Assembly: GCA_964016885.1 (NCBI GenBank)
Contig: OZ024741.1
Coordinates: forward strand, 183,334,001 to 183,398,000
Reading direction: 5' to 3'
Length of the DNA: 64,000 nt
Source of the DNA: Eledone cirrhosa
Taxonomy: Eukaryota
Position 1 is the first letter of the stretch. Each line of letters begins with the position of its first letter. Below the pieces are notes generated by a model. The model was not told where the DNA came from and searched no databases. It saw only the letters and a program-made list of their open reading frames with translations. Made by a program: the position numbers and the translations under genes. Shown piece after piece: positions 11,291 to 23,594 of the stretch.

Positions 11291-13322
11291 AACCAGGCCC
11301 TCAAGCGGAGTGGTTTCCGGGAGGAAATATCCTACTGTCCAGCTTCCATTAGCGGAACCAGCAGGTGACACCGCCGCTCACGCAATGTAACATGGTTCAA
11401 TCCTCCCCACAACGCCGAGGTGACAACTCCTATCGGGAAAATCTTCTTTAGGCTCATTGAAAAACACTTCCCACTACAACACTACTACCACAACATAATC
11501 AACAAAAATACCATCAAACTCTCCTACAGCAACACACCAAACTTTGCACAAAACATCGTCTCCTCTAACAACAAAAAAACTCAACCCCTATGGAAGAAAT
11601 AACCTAAATAGCAGTGGAGAGCCGACCAGGAGGTGCAACTGTCCTGATGGATCCATTTGCCCCCTCGACAACAGATGCAGAGATCGTAATGTGATCTACC
11701 AGTGCAATGTGAGGACGGACACCTCCAACAAAGCTTATATAGGATTAACCGCATGTGACTTCAAGACCCGGCTAAACCAACACAGACATACTTTCCGAAA
11801 CCCGGCCCGGCGTCACGCCACCACACTTTCGGGCCACATCTGGGACCTCAAAGATAACAATATCACCTATGATCTGACTTGGAGCTTACTGTCCAGAGCC
11901 AACTCTTACACGGGAGGATGCCGTCCGTGCAATTTATGCTTGGAGGAAACTTTACAAATGGTGTTTTCGACAGACCAACTCCTAAACAAGAAAGACGTAC
12001 TGTAACTGCATGCAAACACAGATTGCGTAGGACTTACTTCGCCCTCAAACCCTATAATGACTCGGGGGGGGGGGGGGGGGGGTAGACAAGGGCTGTAACA
12101 CCCCACTTGCCGACTTTGTAATGGGTAACCCCTGCTTGCAAAGGTAGATGTAAGATCTTCTTTCATATCTTTTTATCGTTTCCTCTATATTTCCTTCTTC
12201 CCCCCATCCCTTCCTAGTCCTTCCTCCCCAGTCCTCCTTCTTTGTTGTCGTCCTTTTCATTTTTCTCGCCCACCACCCGAGGTAGCTCCTCGGTCCTTTG
12301 TAGCCTCAGTACCCCCACCCCCATCCCCTATTCTATGATAGAATTGGCCGACTCCGCTTTTTATAGCAGATGTGATAGACCCCAGATACTTGCTTTCTTA
12401 TCTGATGGCTGCCCCATTTCCGTGCTTTCTACATTTCTTAGTGATACCTCTGCTTTAATTTCTCGTATATCAGTATTTATTTTTTTTTTGGGGGGGGATT
12501 CTGAATTAATTTTCCGTATCAAATTTTTCATATACCTCGTACGAGCATTTATGTAGTTTGCACTAGAATTTTTGTATCGTAGCGGCACCCTTAGAGATAA
12601 TATTAGTATTCATTTTCGGGATTCTGAATTATTATTTCGTATTAGTTTATTATTTGCACTGGGTGGTTGCTGGCCTTGTGCCTAGGGTGGAGGCAATTAT
12701 TTTGTATTAGTTTCGGGACTCTGAATTATTATTTCGTGGTAGTTTCTTTAGTATTTGGCCCCCCACTTGTTGACCCGTCACCGTAAGATATACTCGGTTG
12801 ATTACTACTAACTCTTAAAATGGTCTCTTTACAATTCTGTCCCACCTAGTAAACTTTTCTATAGTCTAGCAGTACCAGTGAGAGACTTGATGATTGTCGT
12901 TAGGGAATAGTAACCAGAAATTGTTTTTTTAAAATATTTTTAACATTCTTGGTATTCTTCTATATATTTACTCCATATTGATTTACTTATTGTTTCGACT
13001 TCCTCCCCCTCCCTAGTATACTTGCTTGACCTCCTGCCCTGCTGTAGTTGGCACTATCAACGCACGACTGGGTTTCCTCCACTCCCTCTCCCTCTTTCTT
13101 CTATTGGCAGGTACAGCTACCCCTTCCTTCCACAAATTGCCATGATAGAATTATGTGTCTCAACAACAAACTTTTGACCAATCCTTGTGACAATCACTTT
13201 TACCATATATGGAATTACCCACTGAGAAGCTCGGCTATTCATATACCAGGATAAAAATTTTCATTTAGTCCAGAATTAGCCGTCGAAACGGCTTGAGCTC
13301 AGCCGTCGGGGTCCTACTCATT

Positions 13323-13325
<3 letters not shown>
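11291..13325 (+). mobile_element. 5'-truncated Penelope-like retroelement (C-terminal GIY-YIG endonuclease, Naiad-like) flanked by (TA)n on both sides
   Basis: RNVTWFNPP..IGKIFFRLIEKHFP..NTIKLSYS; CNC..CPL..C..VIY..YIG..FKTRLNQH..LSGHIWDLK..CNLCLEE. Contains a stop and frameshifts. The ~1.3 kb 3' region ends in a hammerhead-like motif. Confidence 0.9.
13217..13312 (+). ncRNA. Hammerhead-like motif (family A) at the 3' end of the Penelope-like element, with a degenerate 5' core
   Basis: ACCCA-CUGAGAA-[CGGCUAUUC...GAAUUAGCCG]UC-GAAA-CGGC(UUGAGCUCA)GCCG-UC-GGGGU. The GUC cleavage triplet is at 13305-13307. Confidence 0.7.
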
Positions 13326-13386
<61 letters not shown>

Positions 13387-13957
13387 GGAGGTGAGTTTTA
13401 TTGTAGTACAATAAAGCAATGCAGATATCGGATAAGAAGCACTCTACAGTTTGTAGGACTGGAGTATACTGACGTTAGAACATTCATCCGGAATGCATTA
13501 TTTTCTTCTCTCTATCATCAAACTCATTATTCTCAATACATATTAACTCCCTCTCCTTCTTCGTTAATTTTCAAATTCTTTTAATTTATACATTATCTTC
13601 CAACGGTTTTCAACCTCTCTATGTAAAACAATATATATTTCTCAGTTATAAAAACTATCTCTCTCTCTCTATCACCCATCTCTCCTCCTATCTCATCCTT
13701 CCTCATTATATTCATCTCCTCCTTTTTTTCACCCCCCCCCCTCTAAATAAAATATTTTTTTCCCAATATCACACATCAATCTAAAACTATTTCTCATATG
13801 TTGATTTAAAACTGCACTATCCACAAGTGTTTTTTAGCCTTCATATCATGTCCTCCTGTTTTATCTGATGAAAACACAAATATTATTGCATGATGATGTT
13901 TGTTTTTGAAATGCGCATAATAAAATACATGGAACTCCTTTAACCATCTTCTGTTCT

Positions 13958-14034
<77 letters not shown>

Positions 14035-14178
14035 AATATACACACACAATGAGCTTCATGCAGTTTCCATTTACAAATTTTGCTCACAAGGCATTGATTA
14101 GCCCTAGAGTATAGTGGAAGAGGCCTAGTCAAGGTACTACGCAAAAGGATAGAATGCAAAATCATGTGATTGCAAATT

Positions 14179-14263
14179 AAATTTTGTAAACTCACAGCAA
14201 AATTTTGTAACCCCACAGCAAAATTTTGTAAACCCACAGCAAAATTTTGTAACCCCACAGCAA
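14179..14263. repeat. 21-bp tandem repeat, about 4 copies
   Basis: AAAATTTTGTAA(A/C)CCCACAGC repeated. Confidence 0.85.
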
Positions 14264-14759
14264 AAACCCCAAGCAAAAACGTACTAAGAGAAAATAACTC
14301 AAAAAGTCTATAGCATGAATTTGGATAACATAGTCAATGAGCGTATACAGAATACCATATATGATAAATTTCTTATTTGTTAAAATTTTTTCCACAGAAA
14401 TGATTCTGTCCAGTCACCACTCTCTTAAATATTAAAACAAAAATAGAGGTTGATATCAACAGCGAATGTGTTTCTTAATGACTCAGATGACAACCAAGAA
14501 ATTAAACAAAATATCCATCTTATATCTTTACATGCTGTATTCTTCCTATATCTAGTTCCCCACCTTCCTCCCCTCACATACAGATACATACACATAAACT
14601 ACACATAAACACACCTTCATACAAATACTTACACACAGATGAACACTTCGCTTTCTCTAGCTTTCATTCTCTTACTTTCTCTCACAAATACACGTGCATA
14701 TAGATGACTTATTTCAATTTCTCAATCTTTCCATTTTCTTTTTATTTTATCATCTAATT

Positions 14760-14790
<31 letters not shown>

Positions 14791-15327
14791 CGCACACGCA
14801 CACGCGCGCGCGCGCAGAGAGAGAAAGAGAAACAGTGGAGGGGAGAATACTCTCCATTCGGTGCAAGTTTAACTTTCACCGCTTTCACTATATAAAAATA
14901 AAGGGAGACAATTCTTTCAGTTCAAAACCCAAGGGAAGTAATTGTCAGATAGCAATATCTTTGGTTGCGTCCCTTCAAATTATTTTCCTTCTCTTTCATG
15001 ATTTATTAAGGCGTAGGAAAATAAAATGTTTTATTTTGTTTATTAAAATGAAATATGTTAACTTAACTACTGTTTTTCATGCGGATAGCATAACTGAGTT
15101 ATATATTCAATAAATAATTCTATTTTCTCTGCCTTTCAGCGTTCAGTATTGTACAATGTTTTCTTGATGAGGCAATAAGATTGAAACATGCCTCCCTGTC
15201 TTTTATATATATCCATTCTTTTATTTTTTAAAATAATTCTCTCTTTATACTAAATCAGTTAATTCTTTATTCTATAAATGTATTAAGAAAATAAACGTGT
15301 AAATTGCTCCACCCTTTGACTACTCAG

Positions 15328-15420
15328 GTACCGTGCCCCAGAATGTTTGTTGACAGAAGGACATTATACATACAAAATGGACATTTGGAGTGTAGGATGT
15401 GTTTTCTTTGAAATAATTTG
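15328..15420 (+). CDS. MOK: MOK kinase exon (APE motif, subdomain IX)
   Basis: cag|..|gtaagt boundaries. Translates (W)YRAPECLLTEGHYTYKMDIWSVGCVFFEII, in phase with the previous exon. Confidence 0.95.
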
Positions 15421-15933
15421 GTAAGTATGTTTGCTAAAAAATATATTTTAAGCCATTTAATCTTTTCTCAAGTGAAAAAATCCACGGGAACTAGTATTCA
15501 AAATAACAGAGTTTCTGTACACTTAACCCTGCAACAGTTTCTAATTTTGGCACATAGCCAGCAATTGGGGATGGGAGGAGTAAAAGGAAAGTCGATTATA
15601 TCAACTCCAGTACTAGACTGGTACTGTATATTATCAGCCTCAGTAGGATAAAAGGCAAAGTTGACCTTAGTTGGATTTGAAACCATGACATAGAGGGTCA
15701 TAACAAAATACCGCAATGTATTTCATGTGACACACTAATGATTCTGTCAATCCACTGCCCTTACCTAACACTATAATACCTACTGTTAATAATTCTTCAC
15801 ACTTTAACTATTATGCTTTTATGAGTGGTTGAAGACAAGACTGAAAGGTTGGATTAGCTGTAAGGATTCTGTACATTTGAACAACATGAATATTTGAGTG
15901 CATGTATTGACACATGTAGACACCTTGCCTTAA

Positions 15934-16144
15934 CCCTTTAGCATTTACATTGCTCTATATATACTAGTGTATTTTCACAGTAAAGGCTTTACCTCACATA
16001 ATTATCTCACATAATATCGAATCTATGAGATTTTGATTTTATTTATTTTGAGAAAAATATCTATGAGCAGCTGGTTATAGTTGGTTTGAACAGAAAGAGG
16101 TGAGAGAATTCTGGCCAAGTACGGCCAGTTTGAATACTAAAGGG
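15934..16144. mobile_element. piggyBac-like MITE
   Basis: TTAA|CCCTTTAG...CTAAAGGG|TTAA. A second copy is at 50887-51104. Confidence 0.85.
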
Positions 16145-17026
16145 TTAATACACAATGTTTTCATGGTCAGAAACAAAACAGGGATTAGCCAGAATAGTTT
16201 CAATCCTATTTTGGGATTATACTAGCAACCAAGAACTCTCTTTAACAGCCTACATAGATACTGCTTTTAAACTCACTTGCACTAAGGGTTCTAATAAATC
16301 AAACCGATTTGCATATATAATGCATTTTTAGCAGGTAATTTGCTTAACTCCTGCTTAACATCCTGTATTAATTTATCAGAAAATGAAAATATCTGAAAAC
16401 GTCTTTGCTGGTACAAATATTTATAGTATCTTTAATAGTGGACAGATTGTTGTGAAAAATTGCAGCATTAGACTAAAGACTTAAATTTTTAATGTGTTGC
16501 AGTCATAGTGCTGTTTTGTACTTTTCAGGAATGACTTGCTAATGTGGTTTCATGTGGGATAGGATGTTAAGAGTTAATAAACTATTATTATTGGTGTATT
16601 AACAATTTTGTATTACTGAATGTATCACAAGCTTGAGAAGTAGTAAAACAAAATAATTGCTGCATGTTTTGGAATGATTATTGTTTGGTGTAATTGTCAC
16701 ATGAATAAGAGGAAGAAGGAAAAAGAAACATACTACATTGTAGGTCAAGATAACCCAAATATTCCCTGACAGTATCAATGTTCCTTGGCATCAATGGAGG
16801 AAGTGTTACTGTCAGAAAGTAATAAAATTGTTGTGCTCTCCTGTTGACAACTGATGAATAAAATGTTCCAAAGTGTACTTTGCATTATTTTTATTGTCAC
16901 TAGGGCGGTTGATTGGCAGAATCGGTAGAGCATGGGATAACATGCTTTGCAGCATAGAGTTATGGCCCTTTACATTGTTAGTTCAAATCCCGCCAAGGTT
17001 AGCTTTGCCTTTCATCCTTATGTGGT

Positions 17027-17465
17027 TGTAGTGACCTACATTCCGCGGGCTCACATACATTCTCCGTGCGTTATTTGGCTCAGCCCAGCCAATGACAGCC
17101 AGCGGAGGAGAATGTATCTCTATGTACCCTGAGGGAAAAATTCCCGCGTCGATTCGAGAAATCTCTCTCTTGCATCCTGACTGTGAAAAGGTAAACAACT
17201 AACTTTCTTTCATTGTGAAATCACTAGCCAATATGTAACACAACAACTTAACCACGGCCTGGCAACACTTCAGCCAGTGGACCGTGCCTTCTGATGTTCT
17301 TAATTCGTTTGTTTTATTACTCTTGGCATGCCTGCTCTACTCAGCTCTACACAGCTCAACCTTGTTAATAAATAATGTAAAACAAGCCAAAGTCGTTGTC
17401 GGTGTTCTTACCACATCTTTCAACCGAACTCGTGGTGCTACTAACTATAATATATCTTAACTGCA
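17027..17465 (+). mobile_element. Probable solo LTR inserted into a SINE
   Basis: TGTAGT...ACTGCA termini, TGGT near both ends (3 extra A on the right), a CCAAT box and AATAAA (17367). The SINE consensus resumes exactly after it. Confidence 0.65.
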
Positions 17466-18616
17466 AAATGGTCAATAAAATAAAGCACCAGTAATGCACT
17501 GGGATCAATTTAATCGACTTTCCCTCACCCCTTCAAATTGCCTGCCTTGTGCCTAAAATAGAAACAATTATTTTTATTGTCATTTAATTCTCTTCCAGCT
17601 CCTCTTCATCTTTCTTCTTCACCACTTCATTAAAACATTCTCAAAATCCCCATCATAATCTTCATCAATTTAACAACTCAGTATCCATTCCACTATGGAA
17701 TTGGTTAGTTGGACTGGTTCTTTAGTCTCTAGAACATCACACAACATCATTGCTCTAGTTTCTGAATCATCTCATCTATGAGGCCCAATATCTTGAGATA
17801 TGACCACCATCCTTTGAAACAAATTTACAGAATATATACATATGCATCTCTATTCAGGGTGAATTATAATAAGGATGAAATACATACCAACCATATCCTG
17901 GGATCAATATTGATGAAGTCCCTCCCCACCCTGCTAAGGCATGTTGTAAAACTCATTCTGTCCATCTCTCTAATTGTCTCTACAATAGAGTGACATCTGT
18001 CAGTCTGTGTGTCTGTATGTCAGTCAGTCTGCCTGTCTATCTGTCTATCTGTTAGAGTGACATCTGTCAGTCAGTCTGCCTGTCTATGGTGTTTGTCTAT
18101 GTGTCTTTTTGTCTATGTGTCTAAATATCTCTATAGAAGAGTGACGTTTATTTTCTGGAATGATGGGTAAAGCTGGTTGAGCTGTCGGAACTGTCAAACG
18201 TATTTGTTCCTCTCTGTCGTGTAATCAAGAGATTCACAGATCCTCTTATCAAGGAGTAAAGCTTTTTGCTGGTTTTGTGTTATTTTACTGCTTGCATCAT
18301 CCAGTCTTTGGTCGCTTCAAGGTATTGGTGCAAGCCAAGAGTTGTCTTGTAGAATAGCTCCAATTAGATTAGAGCTCTGCCTCTCTCAGATCTAGGTAGT
18401 TAGAATTGCTAAAAATTCACTTTAGGGTGATACATACGGTAACACGTGAGATATTTACAGGTTTTAGTATCCATTCTTTTGATACCATCTACTGTCCAGT
18501 TAATTATGTTAAAGCTATACTGAACAACAGGTACTGCTAAACTGTTTATCACAGATATTCTATTCTTTGAATTGAGCTGTGTTGAGCTCTGTGTTTAAAA
18601 CAAACAAATTGCACTC

Positions 18617-18723
18617 TCTTCTTCTTCTTCTTCTTCTTCTTCTTCTTCTTCTTCTTCTTCTTCTTCTTCTTCTTCTTCTTCTTCTTCTTCTTCTTCTTCT
18701 TCTTCTTCTTCTTCTTCTTCTTC
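18617..18723. repeat. (CTT)n microsatellite
   Basis: Uninterrupted CTT array. Confidence 0.98.
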
Positions 18724-18965
18724 TCGTTTGGTATTTAAACAATAAGAGGTGCCACAAAGGTACTGAGTTAAATTCTCGCAGAGGTTAACTTCGTCTTTCA
18801 TCCTTACAGGGTTGATAAAATAAAGCACCAGTAATGTACTGGGGTAATTGCTGGCCTTTTGCCAAAAATAGAAACAATTATTTACAGATTCCTTCTTTCT
18901 CACTTCTACATATTTTGTGCTTCAGTGAGAAATCAATAATCTTGATAATTTCTCTCTCTCTCCAG

Positions 18966-19070
18966 CCTAAGACCATTATTTCCTGGAGCCAATGAGGTTG
19001 ACCAAATTGCTAAAATCCATGATGTTATTGGTACTCCTAGTAAAGACTTGCTCAACAAAATTCAGAAATG
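18966..19070 (+). CDS. MOK: MOK kinase exon (subdomain X)
   Basis: cag|..|gtaaac boundaries. Translates (C)LRPLFPGANEVDQIAKIHDVIGTPSKDLLNKIQK(W). Confidence 0.95.
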
Positions 19071-20113
19071 GTAAACTTAACTCAGGTTCTGTGTAAATTC
19101 CACACACACACACTTCTTCTTCACCCACTTATTCCTAAGAGGGTCATGGGGAAAAGTCCTCAAACACTCCTTCCAGCAGCTCCTGTCAGAAGCAACTGTC
19201 TCCAACTGATCTGGCTGGATCCCCAAGTGTGACCAGCCAAGCTCATAGATGTTATCCAACCATCTTGCTCTGGGTTCGCCAAGGGTCTCCTGCCTGTTGG
19301 TTTTGCCTGTAAAATCTGTCCAGTGATTCTTTCCTGGGACATTCTAACCACATGTCCATAGTATTGGAGCTGTGATCTCACAATTTGAAGAAGTAGTGGC
19401 TCTATCTGGAGTGACTCTCTGATCTCCAACATTATTCCAAAGACCCTTCAGAGGAACCCTTTTTTGGCCGCTTGTATTTGCGATCATATTCTTTTACACA
19501 CACATATGATGATGATAAATACACTTGCTTTGACAGTAGATATTTTATAATTAGAATTATACTGAGAAGATTGTCATGGCCTCTACACAAGGAGGACATA
19601 CAAATTCATGAAGCAGTCCATATGTTTATAAACACATACTTTTGAATTTAGTCCCACTGGGCAAGTGTCTTCTACAATAACTTGTGAGTAAAATTTGAAT
19701 TGAAATTTACTTAGCAGATTATTTTTAATCACAATTGTATAAATAATATTACAAATAAAAGAAAAGAAAAAAAGAAAAAAATTACACAGGGAGGTAATAC
19801 ACACACCTTGAACCACATACATCAAAAGGCAAGCGAAAGGGGTGGACAAACGAACCACTGCCAGAACAAAAGATAACAATATTGCAAGGAGCACTGGAAA
19901 ACCTCTCTAATAATTTTTGAGGCAAGCCAGCACGCTCACAGCGTTACCTTAGGTGCTGGCAAGGCTGATGCAATGGAACAGCCAAGTGCCTCCACGAACA
20001 TCATCAGTTACCTCTGTTATGCAAGCCACCAGTGATGACAAGATCTTTTTCTTTTTCATCCCAGCAAAATGTGTGGCTTTATGGCTATATTAAAAACTCT
20101 TATTTATTTGCAG

Positions 20114-20287
20114 GTCACGAGGAGTACCATACAACTTTCCAGATAAAAGGGGCACTGGAATAGCAAAGCTGATACCCCATGCCTCCCGTGAAGCTGTCAG
20201 TTTGATACAGTGCTTATGTTCATATGATCAAGATGAAAGAATCACAGCTCGCCAAGCACTTAAGCTTCCTTACTTTCAAGAGTTCAG
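20114..20287 (+). CDS. MOK: MOK kinase exon (subdomain XI)
   Basis: cag|..|gtatat boundaries. Translates SRGVPYNFPDKRGTGIAKLIPHASREAVSLIQCLCSYDQDERITARQALKLPYFQEF(R). Confidence 0.95.
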
Positions 20288-21203
20288 GTATATACAACAA
20301 ATAACTTTTGAATACAACTTCCTTAATTTCTCAATAAATATATAAATATATACATACAAATTAGCAGTAGCATTAACATAACATGGTTCTTAATAGGGGT
20401 CTATATGAAGGCATCTATGGTATGTTTATGTATAATAAACACAAAAGAGTCTCACTATGTATGTTTTAAACAGTGATCAAGTCAGAACTATTCCAGTAGT
20501 TGTATGAGAATGTTAGATACATATGTTTTGATTTTTATCTATTAGAATCTTCTTCAACAGACTGATGCATATATATATATGTGCATATGTATATTTATAT
20601 GTATGAGTATATAAATATAAATGCGCAAACACAGACACACTTACAAAACTACTCACAGACATACATTCACACAAACACACACACACATACATTTACACAA
20701 ACACACACATAGCATAGCAAATGGAACACCAGCTGCTGGTTTGCTTTAGTTTTGTCACCATCCCCTTCATTCTTTTTACACACACATACATTCACACAAA
20801 CACACAGACGGAAGTCACTTAAATTTATATATAGGCCATCATTGACATTTCCTCACTCGGTACTGAGACAAGAATAAGCTAATAGTTTATATGCTTTTTT
20901 GTGTATGAAACATCAGCTGGGGATGATCATAAACTATAGTGCGAACTTGACTGTTTAGGTTTAATTAGCAGTAACATTAATATAGATTAGTTCATAGCAG
21001 GGGATCAGAAAAGTTTTATTCCACTGGCTTCCTTATTACCAACTATCCCTGTGCACATGCTAAATATGCAGTCTACATTTTCTATTAGCCTGCTTGCGAT
21101 CCCATACACTTCTTGTATATGTTTGTGTGAATGTATGCATGTATGATGATTTCCTTTGAATGAAACAGTTATATATAAATACATATATTTATTATAAGAA
21201 CAG

Positions 21204-21287
21204 ATTAAAGTTTAAGCAAAAAGAATTGCTGCTTTCACCCTTAAAAGGATCTTCTGAAACTGAAAAAAATCAATCTGTGGACCAGAA
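21204..21287 (+). CDS. MOK: Candidate 84-bp symmetric exon of the MOK C-terminal tail
   Basis: cag|..|gtaaat boundaries, open in the required phase: LKFKQKELLLSPLKGSSETEKNQSVDQ. No homology support. Confidence 0.55.
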
Positions 21288-21846
21288 GTAAATATTTCAA
21301 AAAAACATTACAACCAAAGAAGTTATTATTACTATATAAATATATATTCATTTATTATGGCTAAGCCGGTAGAGTACTCTAGATGCTTGGAGATTTTCTG
21401 GCTAGCACAATAGTGAGAAGACAAGTCTCACTACTTAGCCATAATAAATGAATATTTAAACTCTACTTTGGTACTGAGTACTCATTTCTCTCGCACATCC
21501 ACTACCTATATATACTTTAATGAAAATAGAAGGCCATTTCTATTTAATAGAAATGGCCTTCTAATAGAAGGATTATTTAATACATATTTTTATGGTCAGC
21601 TTATGACCATGATGCAAGACAATTGGCTATGTCATCAGATGTAATGAACATAGAAGATTTAAAATATTTAGTTCAGTAATCCCTACTAGGCTACATTAAA
21701 ATATAAACAAAAAATTGATATGGAGGCAGCGATGCGATCACTCTGACAGATGGCCTCCATATATATATATGAGCAAGACACAGTCACCTGACCCAACTTG
21801 CCTCTAATGGGACAAACCGTCTAGCCCATGCTAGTGTGGAAAATGG

Positions 21847-21923
<77 letters not shown>

Positions 21924-21967
21924 TTGTATATATTGCTTTTGCATTTCTTTACTTTATGGGCTTACAG

Positions 21968-22178
21968 ACAAGTTGATCATGTTCGAATGAAATCATCATC
22001 AAAGGTGATGGTTGTGAATAAAAAGAACTTTTGTTTCGACAAAGATCTTATTGCTGCTCTTCCAAAAATATCTGATGAGACCAAGAAAGATTCCGATAAT
22101 AAATTTTCTGTGATAACCAATTTACCGAAAGCTCAGTCATTGCCTTCACATCTTATTCATCACAAAGAGAGAAGAAAA
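21968..22178 (+). CDS. MOK: MOK C-terminal tail exon
   Basis: ttacag|..|gtaagt boundaries with an open, phase-compatible frame QVDHVRMKSSSK..HHKERRK. Confidence 0.75.
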
Positions 22179-22599
22179 GTAAGTTTTTTTGTTTTTTTTC
22201 GAGAAAATAACCTTTGACTTTATAGAGATTCACATTTTGATCATCATAACCATCATCATCATCACCATCATTATTAATCACCACCACCACCTATCATTTA
22301 ACATCTGTTTTCCCTGCTAAGAAGGGTTGGACAGGTTGTCACAGTCCAAGTCAGTACTTAATCAGAACTACTGACATCTAAGATGAGCAGAGTGTTGCAT
22401 CCCATTTACATATGTTCCTACACTCTATAGAAAGTACTAGGTACATTTCATAATGGCACAAGCATTTGGGAGTTTGTTATGTCTTTAACACAACCAAGAA
22501 GTCATCTTGACCCTTTGTTTTGCAAGTTTTCTATGGCTGGATACCTTTCCTATCAACAACCATTTTACAGAGTATTTTGGATATATATATATATGTGGT

Positions 22600-22925
22600 T
22601 CATTGGGTATATATAATATGGTTCATTGATTACTCAATGAATATAGTTTTACAATAGATTAAAAGCACTCTACAAAGAAGTTTTCTGGAGTTATTAATAT
22701 TATTCAGAATATTAATAAATGAAGACATTCACATAATCAAAATATATGTTTTATTATATATATTTCGAAGATACTGTGCTGTTTTTTCAGTACGCCCTCG
22801 TCATATAAAATACATGCATTTTATCTGACGAGGACATATTGAAAAAACAGCACAGTACCTTCAAATATATATAATAAAACATATTTTGATTATGTGAATG
22901 TCTTCATTTATTAATATTCTGAATA
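22600..22925. mobile_element. Fold-back element with paired, mutated hammerhead cores (family D)
   Basis: Palindrome 22701-22925. The + core CUGACGA at 22825 lacks G12, and the - core has C3>A. Homologous to 31480-31883. Confidence 0.75.
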
Positions 22926-23402
22926 ACACTAGAGAGTGTACTTCATCATCTCTGCTGAAAGATTCAACTTGTCAAGGTCAGTCTTCAGTACTTCAGTCCA
23001 TGTCTACAGTACTTCAGTCCATATCTTCTGAAGTCTACCTCTCCCAATGAGATTTCACTGCACCTCTTTATATAGATGATAATGATAATTAGAATTAGGA
23101 TGATAATGATTGTATTTTAATAAATGTGTATGTTTGAGTCCCAGTAAGCCTGTCTGACATATTTTGTGTTGTGCCAGTCTACTGAGAAAGAGGTCACTGG
23201 GTCATATATCCCTGACATTTGTTAGGATGATGATAATGATGATGAGAACAATCACACTCCTCCTCCTCACCTCCCCATCCCATTTTCCACATCCTTCCTC
23301 CTCTGATGGCGAGAGGAAACAACATTGGAATAATATTTTTATATTTTAACCTATCTTTGTTTTTCTCATCTTTGAAGATTGTTTCCTTGTTGCTCTTTAC
23401 AG

Positions 23403-23594
23403 AGGAAACACAAGAAAAGCCAAGAAAACCAGGAATTTTTTAAACATGTTGGATTACTTCCTCAACTGATGGTTCCTCAAAGTACTGTGAACCCCTTTAC
23501 ACGGGCCACACTACATACAGATACTCCAAAGTTCAATGCCAGCAATAGACTAAACATTTTGCCAAACATTTCACAGACAACCAAATCACAAAAG
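23403..23594 (+). CDS. MOK: MOK C-terminal tail exon
   Basis: ttacag|..|gtaaga boundaries, 64 codons in phase 0-0: RKHKKSQENQEFFKHVG..TTKSQK. Confidence 0.75.

Noticed and set aside
11366-11368. In-frame TGA in the Penelope-like ORF as selenocysteine (reported for some Naiad elements)
   Set aside because: It falls in an Arg-rich linker (SR*HRRSR), not at a conserved Cys position. CGA>TGA decay is simpler, and the ORF also has frameshifts.
15160-15195. Hammerhead at TTGATGAGGCAATAAGATTGAAACATG
   Set aside because: C3 is missing and there is no convincing stem I or cleavage triplet. At best it is a decayed relic.
23378-23402. Alternative upstream acceptor for the MOK tail exon
   Set aside because: In phase 0 it reaches a stop codon within about 22 codons, whereas the 23403 acceptor keeps the frame open to a good donor.
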